64,000 nucleotides of DNA from Octopus vulgaris (GCA_951406725.2 OX597823.1:103726001-103790000); one strand, 5' to 3'. Positions 29,250 to 42,663 are shown, numbered from the stretch's first letter. Program-made: numbers and translations. The notes: generated by a model not told the origin, from the letters alone.

Positions 29250-29868
29250 ATTGGTCCAGGCCATGTCTAACTTAATAGCACCACCTGATAGGATTATCTA
29301 AATTCTTTTTAAGTCAAATTTTGTTTATGGTCCATTCAAATAGTGAGTTCTTGTTGAGTGAGTTGTGTCCAATTATGGGTGGCTTATCTGGTATTCCTTG
29401 AAGAAATCTGTCCAAACTCAATTTAAAGGTAATGGGATCCTTTTCCTCTTGTATCAGTTTTGGGACAATGTTGAACAGGGCAGGGCCTGTTGAGGAAAAG
29501 AAATTATGTCGCAGTGTTTATGTTGTGATCCTGAATTGGGCAGGGGACGTATGGCCCGTGGTCTCAGCCTTGGATGAACCTTGAAACTAATGTTCAGATC
29601 GTTTGGGCAATGTTGGCGGTATATTCTCCACATAGTACAAATGATGTACCGCTAGCAGCGGCGCTAGAGAGAGTAGAGTTTCAAGGCTTTAAGGCGGTCT
29701 CAGGAATCGAGATCAGTCATACCTTCAATTCGTTTTGTGAGTGCTCTGTGGGGTGATTCAATCCTCGAGATGTTTTGTTTTGTATGGGAAGACCACAAGG
29801 GGCAGCAGTATTCTAGATGTGGCCGTATAAAGGAGGAGAAAAGTGGAATGATGATACCTTGTTCTCTG
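29250..29868 (-). mobile_element. CR1-clade LINE 3' fragment between (TA)n runs
   Basis: [18 protein letters not shown]....[17 protein letters not shown]...[10 protein letters not shown] motif. Confidence 0.8.
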
Positions 29869-29870
29869 CA

Positions 29871-29927
<57 letters not shown>

Positions 29928-29954
29928 GCATATATGTATATATATATATATATA

Positions 29955-29995
<41 letters not shown>

Positions 29996-30157
29996 ACACA
30001 TATATATGTATGTATACATATATGCGCATATATGTATATATATATTTCCCTTCTGGTCATTTCAATATGTGACCGCGTGTGTATTGTTGGCGATTTTCTT
30101 TCTCCGTTTTCCCTTCTTTGGACTTTTTCTATACTTTTGATCCAGTTTGTAATATAT

Positions 30158-30470
30158 CTAAAAATTCTGCAATGAGTGAACTAATACAAAGATGCCACTT
30201 AATTGTCTGGTAAGAATGTACCATGACCCACAAAAATGCTTTAGAAGCTGTGGATAGAAAATTTACAAGACATTAGAAATTGCAATTCCTTGATGGGAAA
30301 TGTCACAGTATTATTGACAGGAGACTTCCAACAAACAGTACCAGTTGTTCCAAGAGGAACAAAAGTAGATGAGTTCAATATAGTCTTCTATATTATGGTA
30401 TCATGTGAAAACACTTCAACTTTCAGCAAATATGAGATCGAGACTTTCAAGATATCAATCAGCTGAACAA
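30158..30470 (+). mobile_element. Helitron PIF1-helicase fragment (pseudogenised)
   Basis: LIVW*ECTMTHKNALEAVDR / LQDIRN..SLMGNVTVLLTGDFQQTVPVVPRG / L..NMR motifs. Confidence 0.82.
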
Positions 30471-30758
30471 ACAAAACTTCATGTATAAAAATGATCTTTT
30501 TTCTACTTCAATTGCTACATGTTTTTCTCTTATAAAAATATTATATCATTGCCATTACTGTATAGATAAATAAAATAACACATACAGCTCATTTATTATT
30601 GTCATATCATACACAAACACAAGTTCATGTATGATATTGATCTTGTTTCCACTTCAATTTCTACATGGTTTTCTCTTCTAAAAATACATACATACAGGAG
30701 GAGTAAATTATACATATAATAATACTTTCAATGTGGTTCTCGATAAACAGTTACAGTA

Positions 30759-30816
<58 letters not shown>

Positions 30817-30817
30817 A

Positions 30818-30862
<45 letters not shown>

Positions 30863-31310
30863 ATAATATCGTTAATTTAAAAATAAAACAACGATTTTAT
30901 CAAGTGGTTAGCATGGAAAAAATAACCTTCAAAGGTAATAATTATTAAAATTATAAATTAGGGTATCTACGAGATACCACCATACTGAAAATAGCAGCCA
31001 TGATCTGATTCTAAAACCACCTTAGTTGTCCATATATCAACACGGAGAGAAAACGAAGAGACAAGATGAAACTAGTGAAAATTTACTGGATAATTCTAGA
31101 TCCCGGATTTCTGACTTTGCATTTAAGAATGCAGATTTGTATACATATACATACAGACACAAGCACACATGCACACATATATGTCCGAAAAGAGGGAAAG
31201 CCCCACCCCGTAATCAGTTAAATAAATCTACTGTTTTCTACATCTAGATTCTTTCATGGATCGTTTTTATTACTATAGTAATGTTTTATTTTATGTTCTT
31301 ACATCCATAG

Positions 31311-31346
31311 GGATTTGACGGCAAAGAGGGCCCCCCTGGACCACCG
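31311..31346 (+). CDS. Collagen exon 9: GFDGKEGPPGPP
   Basis: ccatag| ... CCG|gtaagt, 36 nt. Confidence 0.92.
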
Positions 31347-31414
31347 GTAAGTTATGAATCAATTTTCAATAACTGTTTACTACAAGCGATGTGCACATAC
31401 ATATGTACAAACTT

Positions 31415-31452
<38 letters not shown>

Positions 31453-32196
31453 ACATGCACGTGCATGTGTGTGAGTGTGTAAGAGCATATATTTGTTAAT
31501 TTCGTTCGGAGGTCGAATAAAATAGGGGTTCATAACTTTAACAAAGCTCTACTGTTGAATAGAAGCAGGTTTGAGGTTGGAGGCTAAGCGTCATCAACAA
31601 CTACAGCATCATCTTCAACATCAACAACAGGCCGTCCAAGAATTTGGACCTGGAGATCTCCATTTCCAGCAACTTCGAGGGCCACCTCCCATTGGTGTCG
31701 GGCGTCAACGAAGAGCCCACGACTACAACAAGACGACCAAAGTTTTTGTTTTTTCCAAGGTTTGGGGTCTCCCGCTCCTAAGCCCTAGACCATCACCTAA
31801 TCACCCTTACCCATCTTGTTGCTTAACAACAACAAAAACATCAATAGCAGCACCACCTCCAACACTAAATACCACCGCGAACATACCACCAGCACTAATA
31901 CCAGCATCCCCCAATCCCCATTACCATCGTCATTATCACCACCATCACCATCACCACTGCCACTACTAACACAACCAACGTCATATTTTCGCTCTGTCAT
32001 ATCTCTGAATATTTCTTCAACTTCATGCTGACGGCTAAAAAAAAAAAATGAAATAGAATGAGCGAGATAACAGGATATGGAGGGCCATATTGTTTTTGGA
32101 ATTATAGGTGCACCTTTCATCGTAGGTTTGTTCAATTCGATTCTGCTTACGACTAAACGACGACGACGATGATAATGACGACAACAGCAACAACAA

Positions 32197-32570
32197 GGAG
32201 GTGCAATGGCCCAGTGGTTAGGGCAGTGGACTCGCGGTCGGAGGAGCGCACTTTCTATCCCCAGACCGGGCGTTGTGTGTGTATATTGAACGAAAACACC
32301 TAAAGCTTCACGAGGCTCCGGCAGGGGGTGGTGGCGACCCCTGTTGTACTCTTTCGCTCCAACTTTCTCTCACTCTTTCTTCCTGTTTCTTATATCCGAC
32401 TTCCTACGCAACCACTGAGCCTGGATGCATCCGTCGATGGATGCTCTCGGTGTCGGCGGTTGACCTGCTTTTTCTTCTGCGGGTCTTATAAATAGCAAAG
32501 GACCACGTTTCGGACTTCTCCCACTCTGGGACGAAGACCGCTTCGCTCAACAAACAAACAAACAAACAAC
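32197..32570 (+). mobile_element. tRNA-derived SINE family C
   Basis: ggaggtgcaatggcccagtggttagggcag (A-box)...(CAAA)n tail. Confidence 0.88.
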
Positions 32571-32633
32571 AACAACAACAACAACAACGTCATAATACTA
32601 TCAAATTGCTAAATCTCAAATATTAAATTTCAG

Positions 32634-32675
32634 GGTGAAATTTTTGTCAATGAAACAGGTATTGCGGTTCTGAAG
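32634..32675 (+). CDS. Collagen exon 10: interruption GEIFVNETGIAVLK
   Basis: tttcag| ... AAG|gtaagt, 42 nt, phase 0-0. Confidence 0.82.
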
Positions 32676-33580
32676 GTAAGTCACTTCGTAATTATCTCAC
32701 CTATTTCAGCTTTCAGTGATCTCTTTATCACTCATTATTGTTTTTATCTCTCTTATTTCTCTTACCTATGTCTTACACTTGTCTTAACCTCGCTTGTACC
32801 TCTCGTTTCTATCTCTGTTACCTCTCTTGTACTACTTCTATCTCTCGCGCTCCTCCCTCATCTATTTCTTACATGTATATCAGTCTTATATCTATCTCTC
32901 TTATATTTTGCTCATACTTCCTTTATGTCTCTCTAATACCTCTCTTGTCCTACCATCATGCCCCTCTTTTATATAAGGCAATGAACTGATGTAGTTGTCA
33001 GAGCGCTGGACAGAATACCCAGGAGTATTTGTTCCGACGCTGCATGCTGAGCTCTCCCCCACTCTCTCTCTCTCTCTCTCTCTATCTCTCCACTTGTTCA
33101 TATGACTTGTAGATATTCCCCTAACTTTAATTGATTCAATCCACTGAACTACAAATAGATACTGTTGTTACCAGGAGCATGACTACCATTAACGAGTGTT
33201 TCATTGGATTGCAGTAATGATTCACAAACATTCCAGTTGGTTTTGAGAAACTAACTGATACCTACCTAATCCGACGTATTCTTTAAATATCCTCTTATAG
33301 CGGAAGTTTATCATCACATTTTTGTTTCACAGCACACCGAAGGTTAGATAAAAAAAATCCCCTCCGCCACAATGATATAAACAAATCAAAACCGATTGTC
33401 AAGTAGTGTTGGGGGTCAAACACAAAGACACACACAAAAGACACACACATCACACACACATACACACACAAAGACACACACACATATGTATATATCTACA
33501 ATTTATGTATGCTTAAATGCATACGACGGGCTTCTTTCATTTTCCATCTTTATATTTAGAATATTATAAAAGAAAGAATG

Positions 33581-33782
33581 TATTCTGTTGTGTCTGGGGA
33601 GAGTCATTTCTTTTTGTGCCTTATAATGAAACACTCTCACCGGTAAAAATTTCCACTTATTTCTTATTTTTATTCTCCTAAAATTTTCGTTGTATCTTGC
33701 AACCTTTTCAAAATTTTACCGGTGCGTGTGTTACATTATAAGGCACAAAAAGAAAATGACTCTCCCCAGACACAACAGAATA
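33581..33782. repeat. ~70-bp inverted repeat cassette
   Basis: tattctgttgtgtctggggagagtcattt... vs ...aaatgactctccccagacacaacagaata. Confidence 0.9.
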
Positions 33783-34278
33783 TGCTTCAACACACGAACT
33801 CACATAAAGAATCTCGCAAACCAAATCCCAAAACAAAACAATGTATTGTTTATCTAGTTTTATTAATGTTACGTGTGTTAAACAAAATGATAATCGCATT
33901 TCACAAGATACTGAAGCCGTACTTACCATAACCGTACACTTACACAAACATGGTTATCATCATCATCACCACCATCGCCAACGCAGCATTACCACACCAA
34001 TATAATATTACTGCCACAACCAGCATCATCACTACCAGTGCCATTAACATCGTCGCTGCCACTGTCATCATCACACTATGACTACCGCCATCAAAAATCC
34101 ATGACACACTTGATTTGGTCACACCTTGTGGACACACCAATGTCACACAGCACACCGTTTCAGGACAGCCTAAATTAGATACTTGATTTCTTGTTAGCTA
34201 CATAAATACACTATCGACCCTTTTAATATTTCACACTGTTATGTTTCAAATTTCTAATGTGTTATTTCTCTATTGCAG

Positions 34279-34297
34279 GGTCAAAAGGGAGAGAGCG
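34279..34297 (+). CDS. Collagen exon 11: 19-nt microexon GQKGES(G)
   Basis: ttctctattgcag| ... AGCG|gtgagt; phase 0-1, needed to join exon 10 to exon 12. Confidence 0.82.
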
Positions 34298-35402
34298 GTG
34301 AGTCATTGTTGCAATTCCTTCATTTTAATTACTTGAAATTCCTTCATTTTAATTACTTGCATAGCGAGTGACTTGATCTGAGATCGTGTGCTGGAACGAA
34401 AACAATTGCAGCGTGGAAGATCGTTAAATTTGATGTCCTTGAAGGGTTTCCATTTTGCTTATCAATATCATCTGTCAAGCAGCTGCTAGGTGGGAACTGG
34501 ACTGTAACTGTAGCAGTAATGGTTTCATTATCTAACTCCACCACACTAAAATGTCACCCGTGGATCAGGTGTCGAAAAAGAATTCTTTTTAGAGGGTGTT
34601 TTTTTTTTTGTGAGTGTCCATGTACCTTTAAAATACTATTATTAAATGAGTAAATAAGCTGTTAGAATAGATGAAGAAGTCCACACACAAACATGCACTC
34701 ACATATGCACACACCTACATGCACACACATCCACGCACACACATTGCGTGACACCTCGAGACTTCAATCATAACTCCGGGACGATTAAAGACTTGTGAGT
34801 GGATTTGGTTGACGGAACCTGAAAGAAGCCCATCATGTATATGTACCTATGTATACATATATATATGTGTGTGTGACATTCTGTTTGTCCCCCCCCCGTC
34901 ACAACGATGTGAATAGATCAACATCAGTTGTCAAGCAGTGTTGGGGGTCAAACACAAGGACACACAGACACACACAATTTATGTATGTATAAATGCAATC
35001 GACGGGCTTCTTTAATGTTCCGTCTTCTAAAACCATTCATAAAGCTTTGGTCGGCCCCGGTGCAAGAAGACACTTACCTGAAGTGCCACGCAATAAAACT
35101 GAACCGAAGACGACATGGTTAGGAAATAAGCTTCATGCCACAGTCACACCTATCATCATCATCCATTTTGGCATGGATTAGACTGTTTGACGGGAGCTGG
35201 TCAACTGAAGAGCTGTCCAGGCACCATATCTATTTTGGCATGGTTTCTAAGGCTGGATGCCCTTCCTAACGCCAACCATTCTACAGAATGTAGTGAGTGC
35301 TTTTACGCAGCATAGATTTTACTTAGCTCGCCGTGTCTTCTCAAACACGGAAACTGCCGAGAGTCTCAAACCCCTATCATCCCGTCTGTGAGGCTCAACG
35401 TC

Positions 35403-35787
35403 GTGGAGGCGCAATGGCCCAGTGGTTAGGGCAGCCGACTCGCGGTCGGAGGATCGCGGTTTCGATTCCCAGACCGGGCGTTGTGTGTATTTATTGAGCG
35501 AAAACACCTAAAGCTTCACGAGACTCCAGCAGGGGATGGGGGTGGCGACCCCTGTTGTACTCTTTCGCCCCAACTTTCTCTCACTCTTTCTTCCTGTTTC
35601 TTGTCCCCGACTTCCTACGCAACCGCTGAGCCTGGATGCCCATTCATCCATCCGTCGATGCTGCCGGTGTCGGGGGTTGACCTGCTTTCTCTTCTGCGGG
35701 TCTTACAAATAGCAAAGGACCACGTTTCAGACTTCTCCCACTGGGACGGAGACCGCTTCGATCAACAAACAAACAAACAAACAAACA
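35403..35787 (+). mobile_element. SINE family C with 12-bp TSD
   Basis: A-box tggcccagtgg, B-box ggtttcgattccc; aggctcaacgtc at 35391-35402 and 35788-35799. Confidence 0.92.
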
Positions 35788-36376
35788 AGGCTCAACGTCT
35801 GAAGATCCTTTCTCACTTCTTCGTCCCACGTCTAGTTGGGCCTACCCTCTCCACATGTTCCCTACCAATGTATAATTTATTAAAAGGCATATTATTTATT
35901 TATTTATTTATTCCCTTCTTTGTTTCAGAGAGGTTACTGTAAGGCTGATGATTTACTCTGTTGCCACTCAAAAGTTCTTTCGCGGTTCTTTCTGCAATTC
36001 TTATATCGCATTAATTGCACGTAACGTGAAACTGAGTAGTGAGTCATCAACCGACAAACAAATATATATATTCTACACAAACACACACACACACACACAC
36101 ACACAAACGTACACATGGCGTATACATGCGTGTTTGTGTGTGTCATACTGCCTCCTTGCCATGACATAGTGCGATAACTGAAAACGAGTGTCACCGTCAT
36201 GCGAACGGTTCCTTCGTTTCCAGTCTTCTGAAGCATGATTTAACATGGGGGAAATATTACCTTCCTGGGGGAAAAAAAACGTGAAGGTTGGTAGTAGGCA
36301 GGGAGTCTGGCCGTAGAGTACCCACTTCAGCAAATTCTGTCCGGCCCATATGACGGTGATGATGATGATGATGATG

Positions 36377-36733
36377 ATTTTGTTTGTTTGTTTGTTTGTT
36401 GAGCACCTGGGGGAAGTCCGAAGCGTGGTCCTTTGCTATTCGTAAGACCCACAGAAGAGAAAGTAGGTCAACCCCCGACACCAAAAGCATCGACGGATGG
36501 ATGAATGCGCATCCAAGCTCAGTGGTTGCGTAGGAAGTCGGGGACAAGAAACAGGAGGAAAGAGTGAGAGAAAGTTGGAGCGAAAGAGTACAACAGGGGT
36601 CGCCGCCACCCCCTGCCGGAGCCTCATGGAGCTTTAGGTGTTTTCGCTCAATCACAACGCCCGGTCTGGGAATCGAATCCGCGTTCCTCCGACCGAGAGT
36701 CCGCAGAACTAACCACTGGGCCATTGCACCTCC
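36377..36733 (-). mobile_element. SINE family C, inverted, inside a (GAT)n tract
   Basis: Reverse complement of the 35403 copy; (GAT)n on both flanks. Confidence 0.9.
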
Positions 36734-36735
36734 AC

Positions 36736-36767
<32 letters not shown>

Positions 36768-36929
36768 CAATCTCAGCAGAAATATTTAATTGAAGATTAA
36801 TTCAAAAATTATTCGATTAATATTTACTGAGGAAACGCTTTTTGATTGCATAAAATTACTGGAGCGTTTGCACGACTGAAGTCTTCAAAATATCAATATT
36901 TTGTTTTCTATTACTCTTTCAATTAACAT

Positions 36930-37018
<89 letters not shown>

Positions 37019-37042
37019 AAACACAAACACACACTCACACAA

Positions 37043-37074
<32 letters not shown>

Positions 37075-37451
37075 ACGCACACACACGGCGCAAAGCCGTG
37101 TCTCTTCATTTACATGTATAATGCATACTAAAACTCGTGGCCATGTCAATTCCATTCTTTCCAAGTCTTTAGGTCGCTCACAGATGCAAAATCGTGAAAG
37201 AAAAAGAAAAATATGCATTATTTTGTAGGACTGGATGACGTTATTGTAGATATAGTTTCCAAAAGCAAATTAAATGATTGTGTTTGGAATATCTCCCAGA
37301 TTAGGTTAATCAGTGGATCATGACTAGCACAAGACAAAGCAATAAAATGCGCATGCGTGCAGATTTAGCAAGTGTGTGTTGCCTTTATTTATAATTTAAA
37401 AATAAACAAGAAAGAAAGAAAGTAATTCTCAAAATTTCTTTTTTAATTTAG

Positions 37452-37498
37452 GTTCTCAGATAGATCTCGAAACAGTAAAAGGATTGAAGGGTGATAAG
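37452..37498 (+). CDS. Collagen exon 12: (G)SQIDLETVKGLKGDK
   Basis: ttttaatttag| ... AAG|gtaaga, 47 nt, phase 1-0. Confidence 0.85.
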
Positions 37499-37679
37499 GT
37501 AAGAACTTTAGATAATGGATTTTTTGATCGTAACCATTTCATATCACTAAAGTCCCTGTTTGATCACAACTATTTCACTTCACATATGTTACTGAAGTCC
37601 TTAAACAATGATCATAAAATACGGAAGTGACATAATCTCACACGTTATATACGTTTATATATATATATATATATATATA

Positions 37680-37756
<77 letters not shown>

Positions 37757-37899
37757 GTTTAAATATTTGTTTAAATATTTGTTGTGCAAGAAGTTTTTAT
37801 GTGAAGTCGTGTGTTGAAACAGATATTGTTGTATTTAGGAATGGTCATTTTGCCAGTTTAGCCAATAAAAACATATATATATATATATATATACTTACC

Positions 37900-40020
37900 T
37901 CCCTTACAAATAATCTTTTTTCTCAGGAACTATTAGACCTGTCACCGTGTATTAACCGGTGTTTTTCAAGCGATGGATAGCGTTGCGTAAACCATGGTTC
38001 GCTTTGTTCTCCTACTTTATTATCATCTTATAATCATCTCATAATAATGACTTTTATGACTCTTATTACTACCTCAGTCAATCTAAATGTAAATATTTGT
38101 CGTTACCTGTCATAAATAGCCTTTTTTATTTGCATTGTGGTGTTCTGTGAACATTAGTAAAAGGGAAATATTTGGAAATTGAGGTTAAGATTCATGGCAC
38201 ACCTTTCTATGTGTTCACTCACCTTTAACTGTCTGTATTGTGGGTGACGGATTTGCTCTTTGTGAATGGTGATTCTTTGACGGAGCGAAATTCCTGTTTG
38301 TCCAATATAGAGTTTACCACATCCTATGCATGTCATGACATAGATTACATTTACTGAGGCGCAGGTGAAATTTGATTTGATCTTAAATATTTCTTCTTGT
38401 TTGAATTTGAATGCTGAACCCTCCAGAAGGTGGGGACATGTTCCACAGTTAGAACGTCCACATTTTGTCACTTTTGGCTCTGTTGTTAGTGGATACAGTC
38501 TAGCGCTGGTTAGTATTTTTTTCAGTGACTTCGGTTGCTTTTTGCTTTTTATAATTTTATATGAGCTTAAAATTTCGTTCATTGTTTTGTATGCTGTGAG
38601 GATTGGAAGATTTTGGGTGATGATGTTGAAGGCTTCGTTGTTTCTAGGGTTATGTGTGGAAATGTACGGGAGTATTTTAAGTCATATTTAGTATTTCGGC
38701 TACTTTTCCTTAACATTTGTATATCTATTTCCTTAGCTCTTTTGATGCCTTCATTTACTAATGAGATTGGGTAATGTCTTTTAGTTTGTGTAGATCTAAG
38801 TTCAAGGAGTCTATGTTCACGAGTGTATGTATCGGAAACTATGGTGCAGATTCTTTTCGCTAGGTTAAAGGGTATGTTGATTTTTATGTGTTTGGGGTGG
38901 CAAGAGTTAAATAATAGGTATTGTTTAGAATCTGTGGGTTTATAAAAGATGTCTGTTTCTATGTGCTTGTTAACTATTCTAATTAAGATGTCTAGAAAAG
39001 GGAGTTGCTTACTGTTGTGTTCCATAGTGAATTGTATATTGCTATGTATGTTGTTGAGCATTCTTTTGAAATCAAGGAGTTGATCCATGCTGTCTTTCCA
39101 AAGTATGAAGCAATCATCTAAATATCTCTTCCAGTTCTCCTTTAAGTAGCAATTAAAAGAGGCGTCATATTTTTCTAGTAATGATTGGTATAACTTGAGT
39201 TCGTGGTAACCCATTACGAGGTTTGCAATCACTGGAGTAGCTCTGGTCCCCATTGAAATTCCGCATTTCCGTCGATAGTAAGTAGTATCGAACAAGAAAT
39301 GATTGTTCAGCAGGACGAATTTCAGTGCTTCAATTATAAAATTGTGGTTAATTCGTCCTGGGATCTCTTCTGGGTATTTTTCTAGCCAAAATGTCGTGTG
39401 GGATATTGGTGTATGGATTTACCACATCGAAAGATACCAGTAGTGTTCCGTCCTTTACTGTCTTCGGTGGGTGGTTCAGCATGTCTAGGTCATCCCTGAT
39501 AAAGCTTTTCACAAATTTTAAAAGAGGTTTGAGTAATATGTCGAGGAAGTTGCTCAGTGTGCTTCACAAGAAGGGCCAGCTATGATGGGTCTCAGTTTGA
39601 GGTCAGTAGGGGGAGGGACATTAATGCATAGACTTGTAGAGGTTTTGCAGGCTTCACAAATGTGTTGATTTTTATGTATTTTGGGTAATCCGTAGAATAG
39701 ACTAGGACTGTATTTGAAATTGGATAAATAGTCTATTTCATGTGTAGTAAGACCCTTTCCATGAATTTGGAGTAAGGAGAATAAGTTTTTCAGTGTTTTC
39801 TGTGGGTTGTAATATGTTAGTTTCTCATAGTAAGTATTATTTTCCAACATGGAGAGTATTAAATTTTTGTTGTACTCTATCCATCACTACTACCGCACTT
39901 CCTTTAATAGTGAGGTTTATGTCATTTTTTAGCTCGCCAAGGTCTTTCCATTCATTTAAATTAAGGTTGGATTTGATATGTTGTTTTGGAATGGTATTGT
40001 AAGGAAAACAAGTTATGTGA
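37900..40020 (-). mobile_element. Penelope-like retroelement, frameshifted (RT + GIY-YIG endonuclease)
   Basis: ORFs with FYGLPKIHK...LRPII, GISMGTRATP..ANLVMG, RYLDD, IQFTME..LPFLD, and C-x4-CGTC...NVIYVMTCIGCGKLYIGQTG..LRQR. Confidence 0.92.
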
Positions 40021-40789
40021 TCATATATATATATATACACATATATATATATATATATATATACTTTTACTTGTTTCAGTTATTTGACTGTGACCATTCT
40101 AGACCACCGCTTTGAAAGGTTTTAGTCGAACAAAAAACGATCCCAGGACTTATTTCTTAAGCTTAGTACCTATTTTATTTGTCTCTTTTGCCGAACTGCT
40201 AATTTAAGGAAACTTAAATTACATCTCCAGCAAGTTAACTCGGCTTAACTGCCGTCACCGTATGTTTCTACTGTTTTGTTCTCACTGTCCGGTTCTTTTT
40301 ACTGTTTTGTTCTCACTGTCCTGTTTTCATTACCACTGTCACCATCCGCAAAATATTACAAATTTTATTTAATCTGCTTTGTGGGAAGGACTGTTTCAAC
40401 GAAGTCGCGTCTTGTCCTTGCCTTTGAAACGTGGAGTAAATGAAACAGGGACAACTGAAGAACGGGAATATTCTTTATGTTGTATGTCTCGTTTCTCTGT
40501 TTTTTTCGTTGTTCGAAAAAAAGTTCGTTTCTATGTTTTTGTTTTTCTGTTTTCGTTTCTCATTGTGTTCAACGTTTTTTGACGTCCTCTACCCATATAT
40601 GCATGTATATATACATATATATGTAGATATGTATATATTTGTATGTATATATGCATATATTTATGTATTATTTATATTATCATATGATCGAACGCCACGC
40701 ATCCTTTTTCATGTATATATATATTTTCTCTCCTTTTTTTCTCTCCTTGTTTTTCTCTCCTTGTTTCTCTCTTTGTTTTTTCTGTGTCC

Positions 40790-40825
40790 CTTTCTGTAGA
40801 AGAGCGTAGGCTCGAAACGTAAAAG
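40790..40825 (+). ncRNA. Minimal hammerhead-like motif, CUGUAGA variant
   Basis: CUUU-CUGUAGA-a-GAGC-GUAG-GCUC-GAAAC-GUA-AAAG. Confidence 0.55.
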
Positions 40826-41424
40826 ACTTCAATTCCTGAGCGTTATACATCTGTTTGTTTTTGTACACCACCTGTCTTCGTCTTTTGTTTTTTCGTAAAC
40901 TCTCCCTATATATATATATGTGTGTGTATATATGTGTATATATATATGCATATAAAAGTTCAGGAATCAAGTGAATCAGGTACTTAAATGGTAAAGTATC
41001 GGGTCAAGAAGAAAAAGGAAAATCTATATGCTACGAAATCAGAGAAACAAATACCTACATACTGAGTTACATACAGATTATTATTCCAGTTGTATATACA
41101 ATTAACTGCACTCAAGTGAGTATATTATAAGTCTCAAGGCTGTATTTAGGAACACACACTGCACCGGTTGTACTACACTTAACAGACCCAGATTCACGAA
41201 AGTAGAAAGTTACGAGTAGGGTGAATAATAAATAAATAACAGATGGATAATCGTTCATTTACTGTAGCTGTTGGGTGTAAATATTACATTCACTACAGCA
41301 GATGAATAAATATAGTACATCTCGTGTATGCTCACGTTTTTTTTTCGCATGATGTAATATCTCTATTTATCAATAAAAAACTCGTTGGAAACAGTTGTAG
41401 TGTATGGAACATTATTCATCTATT

Positions 41425-41483
<59 letters not shown>

Positions 41484-41488
<5 letters not shown>

Positions 41489-42133
41489 CAGTAATGCAAT
41501 ACAAAGTATTGCCTTCCAGTAAAAAGTAGCCCGTGAGGGAAAAATACACAAATTAGTAAATAAATGGCACAACTAAGTACCGATATTTACTGGAAATAGC
41601 GAACGTAAAAATACGACGCTAATGTGTAGCTTCACCGCGTATGTATTAGCAAAAATGCGTGTGTGCAACAAATTAGAGAAAAAAAACCGTCTTACCTCCA
41701 GGGAGAACATCTGAAAGATGAAACACCCGGAAAAGGATAATGTGGTACCTGCAGGTTTCAGGTTTTACAAGATATGTCTCTCACCCATATTTTGTTTTAC
41801 CTTCATCAGCCAAACATATACCAAGACGAAATCTACGATGTTACCACATTAATACTAACACACTCGACTGAAATGCGGAACGCTAACAGTACGAGAAACG
41901 GTGAAGAAGTTTCAAAATATCAGTAATGCAATACAAAGTATTGCATTCCAGTAAAAAGTAGCCCGTGAGGGAAAAATACACAAATTAGTAAATAAATGGC
42001 ACAACTAAGTACCGATATTTACTGGAAATAGCGAACGTAAAAATACGACGCTAATGTGTAGCTTCACCGCGTATGTATTAGCAAAAATGCGTGTGTGCAA
42101 CAAATTAGTTGTGCCATTTATTTACTAATTTGT
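41484..42133 (-). mobile_element. Partial tandem cassette (432-bp period, 193-bp direct repeat) with internal hammerhead and short inverted tail; pLTR/retrozyme-like
   Basis: 41484-41676 = 41916-42108 (one mismatch seen); 42105-42133 is the reverse complement of 41980-42008; (TA)n on both sides. Confidence 0.75.
41743..41812 (-). ncRNA. Type I hammerhead ribozyme motif, canonical core
   Basis: Minus strand UGG-CUGAUGA-AGGU...ACCU-GAAAC-CUGCAG-GUA-CCA; palindromic stem III ACCUGCAGGU. Confidence 0.78.
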
Positions 42134-42242
42134 ATATATATATAACGGGAAGCTTTATGAAAATAAACAAAAGACGAAGGCAGGTGGAATACAAACAAAC
42201 AATTGTATTAGTATGGCGCTCAGGAATATAAATAAAACAAGT

Positions 42243-42278
42243 CTTTCACGTTTCGAGCCTACGCTCTTCAACAGAAAG
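42243..42278 (-). ncRNA. Minimal hammerhead-like motif of the same family as 40790 (CUGUUGA core, GUG site, likely inactive)
   Basis: Minus strand CUUU-CUGUUGA-a-GAGC-GUAG-GCUC-GAAAC-GUG-AAAG. Confidence 0.5.
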
Positions 42279-42363
42279 ATACACAGAAAAGAAACACGGA
42301 GAGAAACAAGGAGAGAAAAAAATGCGTGCAGAAGCTAGCGAATCAACATGGCGATCATTTCTT

Positions 42364-42409
<46 letters not shown>

Positions 42410-42632
42410 CACACATACATACCAGGTGCCATGTAAATGGCAACGTGCATTTTAGTCGTGGTCATTGCCAATGCCATATTCACGGCACCTGTGAAACGTA
42501 GCCGTGGCTGTTGCCGGCATCATGTAAATGGCACCCACACTGGTGGCACATAAAAGCACTCATTACACTTCTGGTGTGGTTGGTGTTAAGAAGGGATGTA
42601 TATATGTATGTATGCGTGTGTATGTATGTGCG

Positions 42633-42663
<31 letters not shown>

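Noticed and set aside
31571-32031. Gln/His/Pro/Thr-rich ORFs
   Set aside because: Decayed trinucleotide repeats in intron 9; no compatible splice context.
32197-32275. tRNA-like A/B-box heads (also 35403, 36733 and family A heads)
   Set aside because: Heads of SINEs continuing into shared bodies and tails; no complete cloverleaf.
35929-35938. Candidate 10-nt microexon (ttcccttctttgtttcag|AGAGGTTACT|gtaagg) between the inverted SINE-C pair
   Set aside because: Splice signals look good, but inclusion shifts frame and gives a stop in exon 12, and exons 11-12 already join in frame. It could only be a poison exon; no support without RNA data.
41346-41402. Further hammerhead-like remnants (also ~33680-33710, ~37970-38002, ~40380-40436, ~62950-63008)
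   Set aside because: Two or more core or stem defects each; cannot be told from chance by eye, so not counted.
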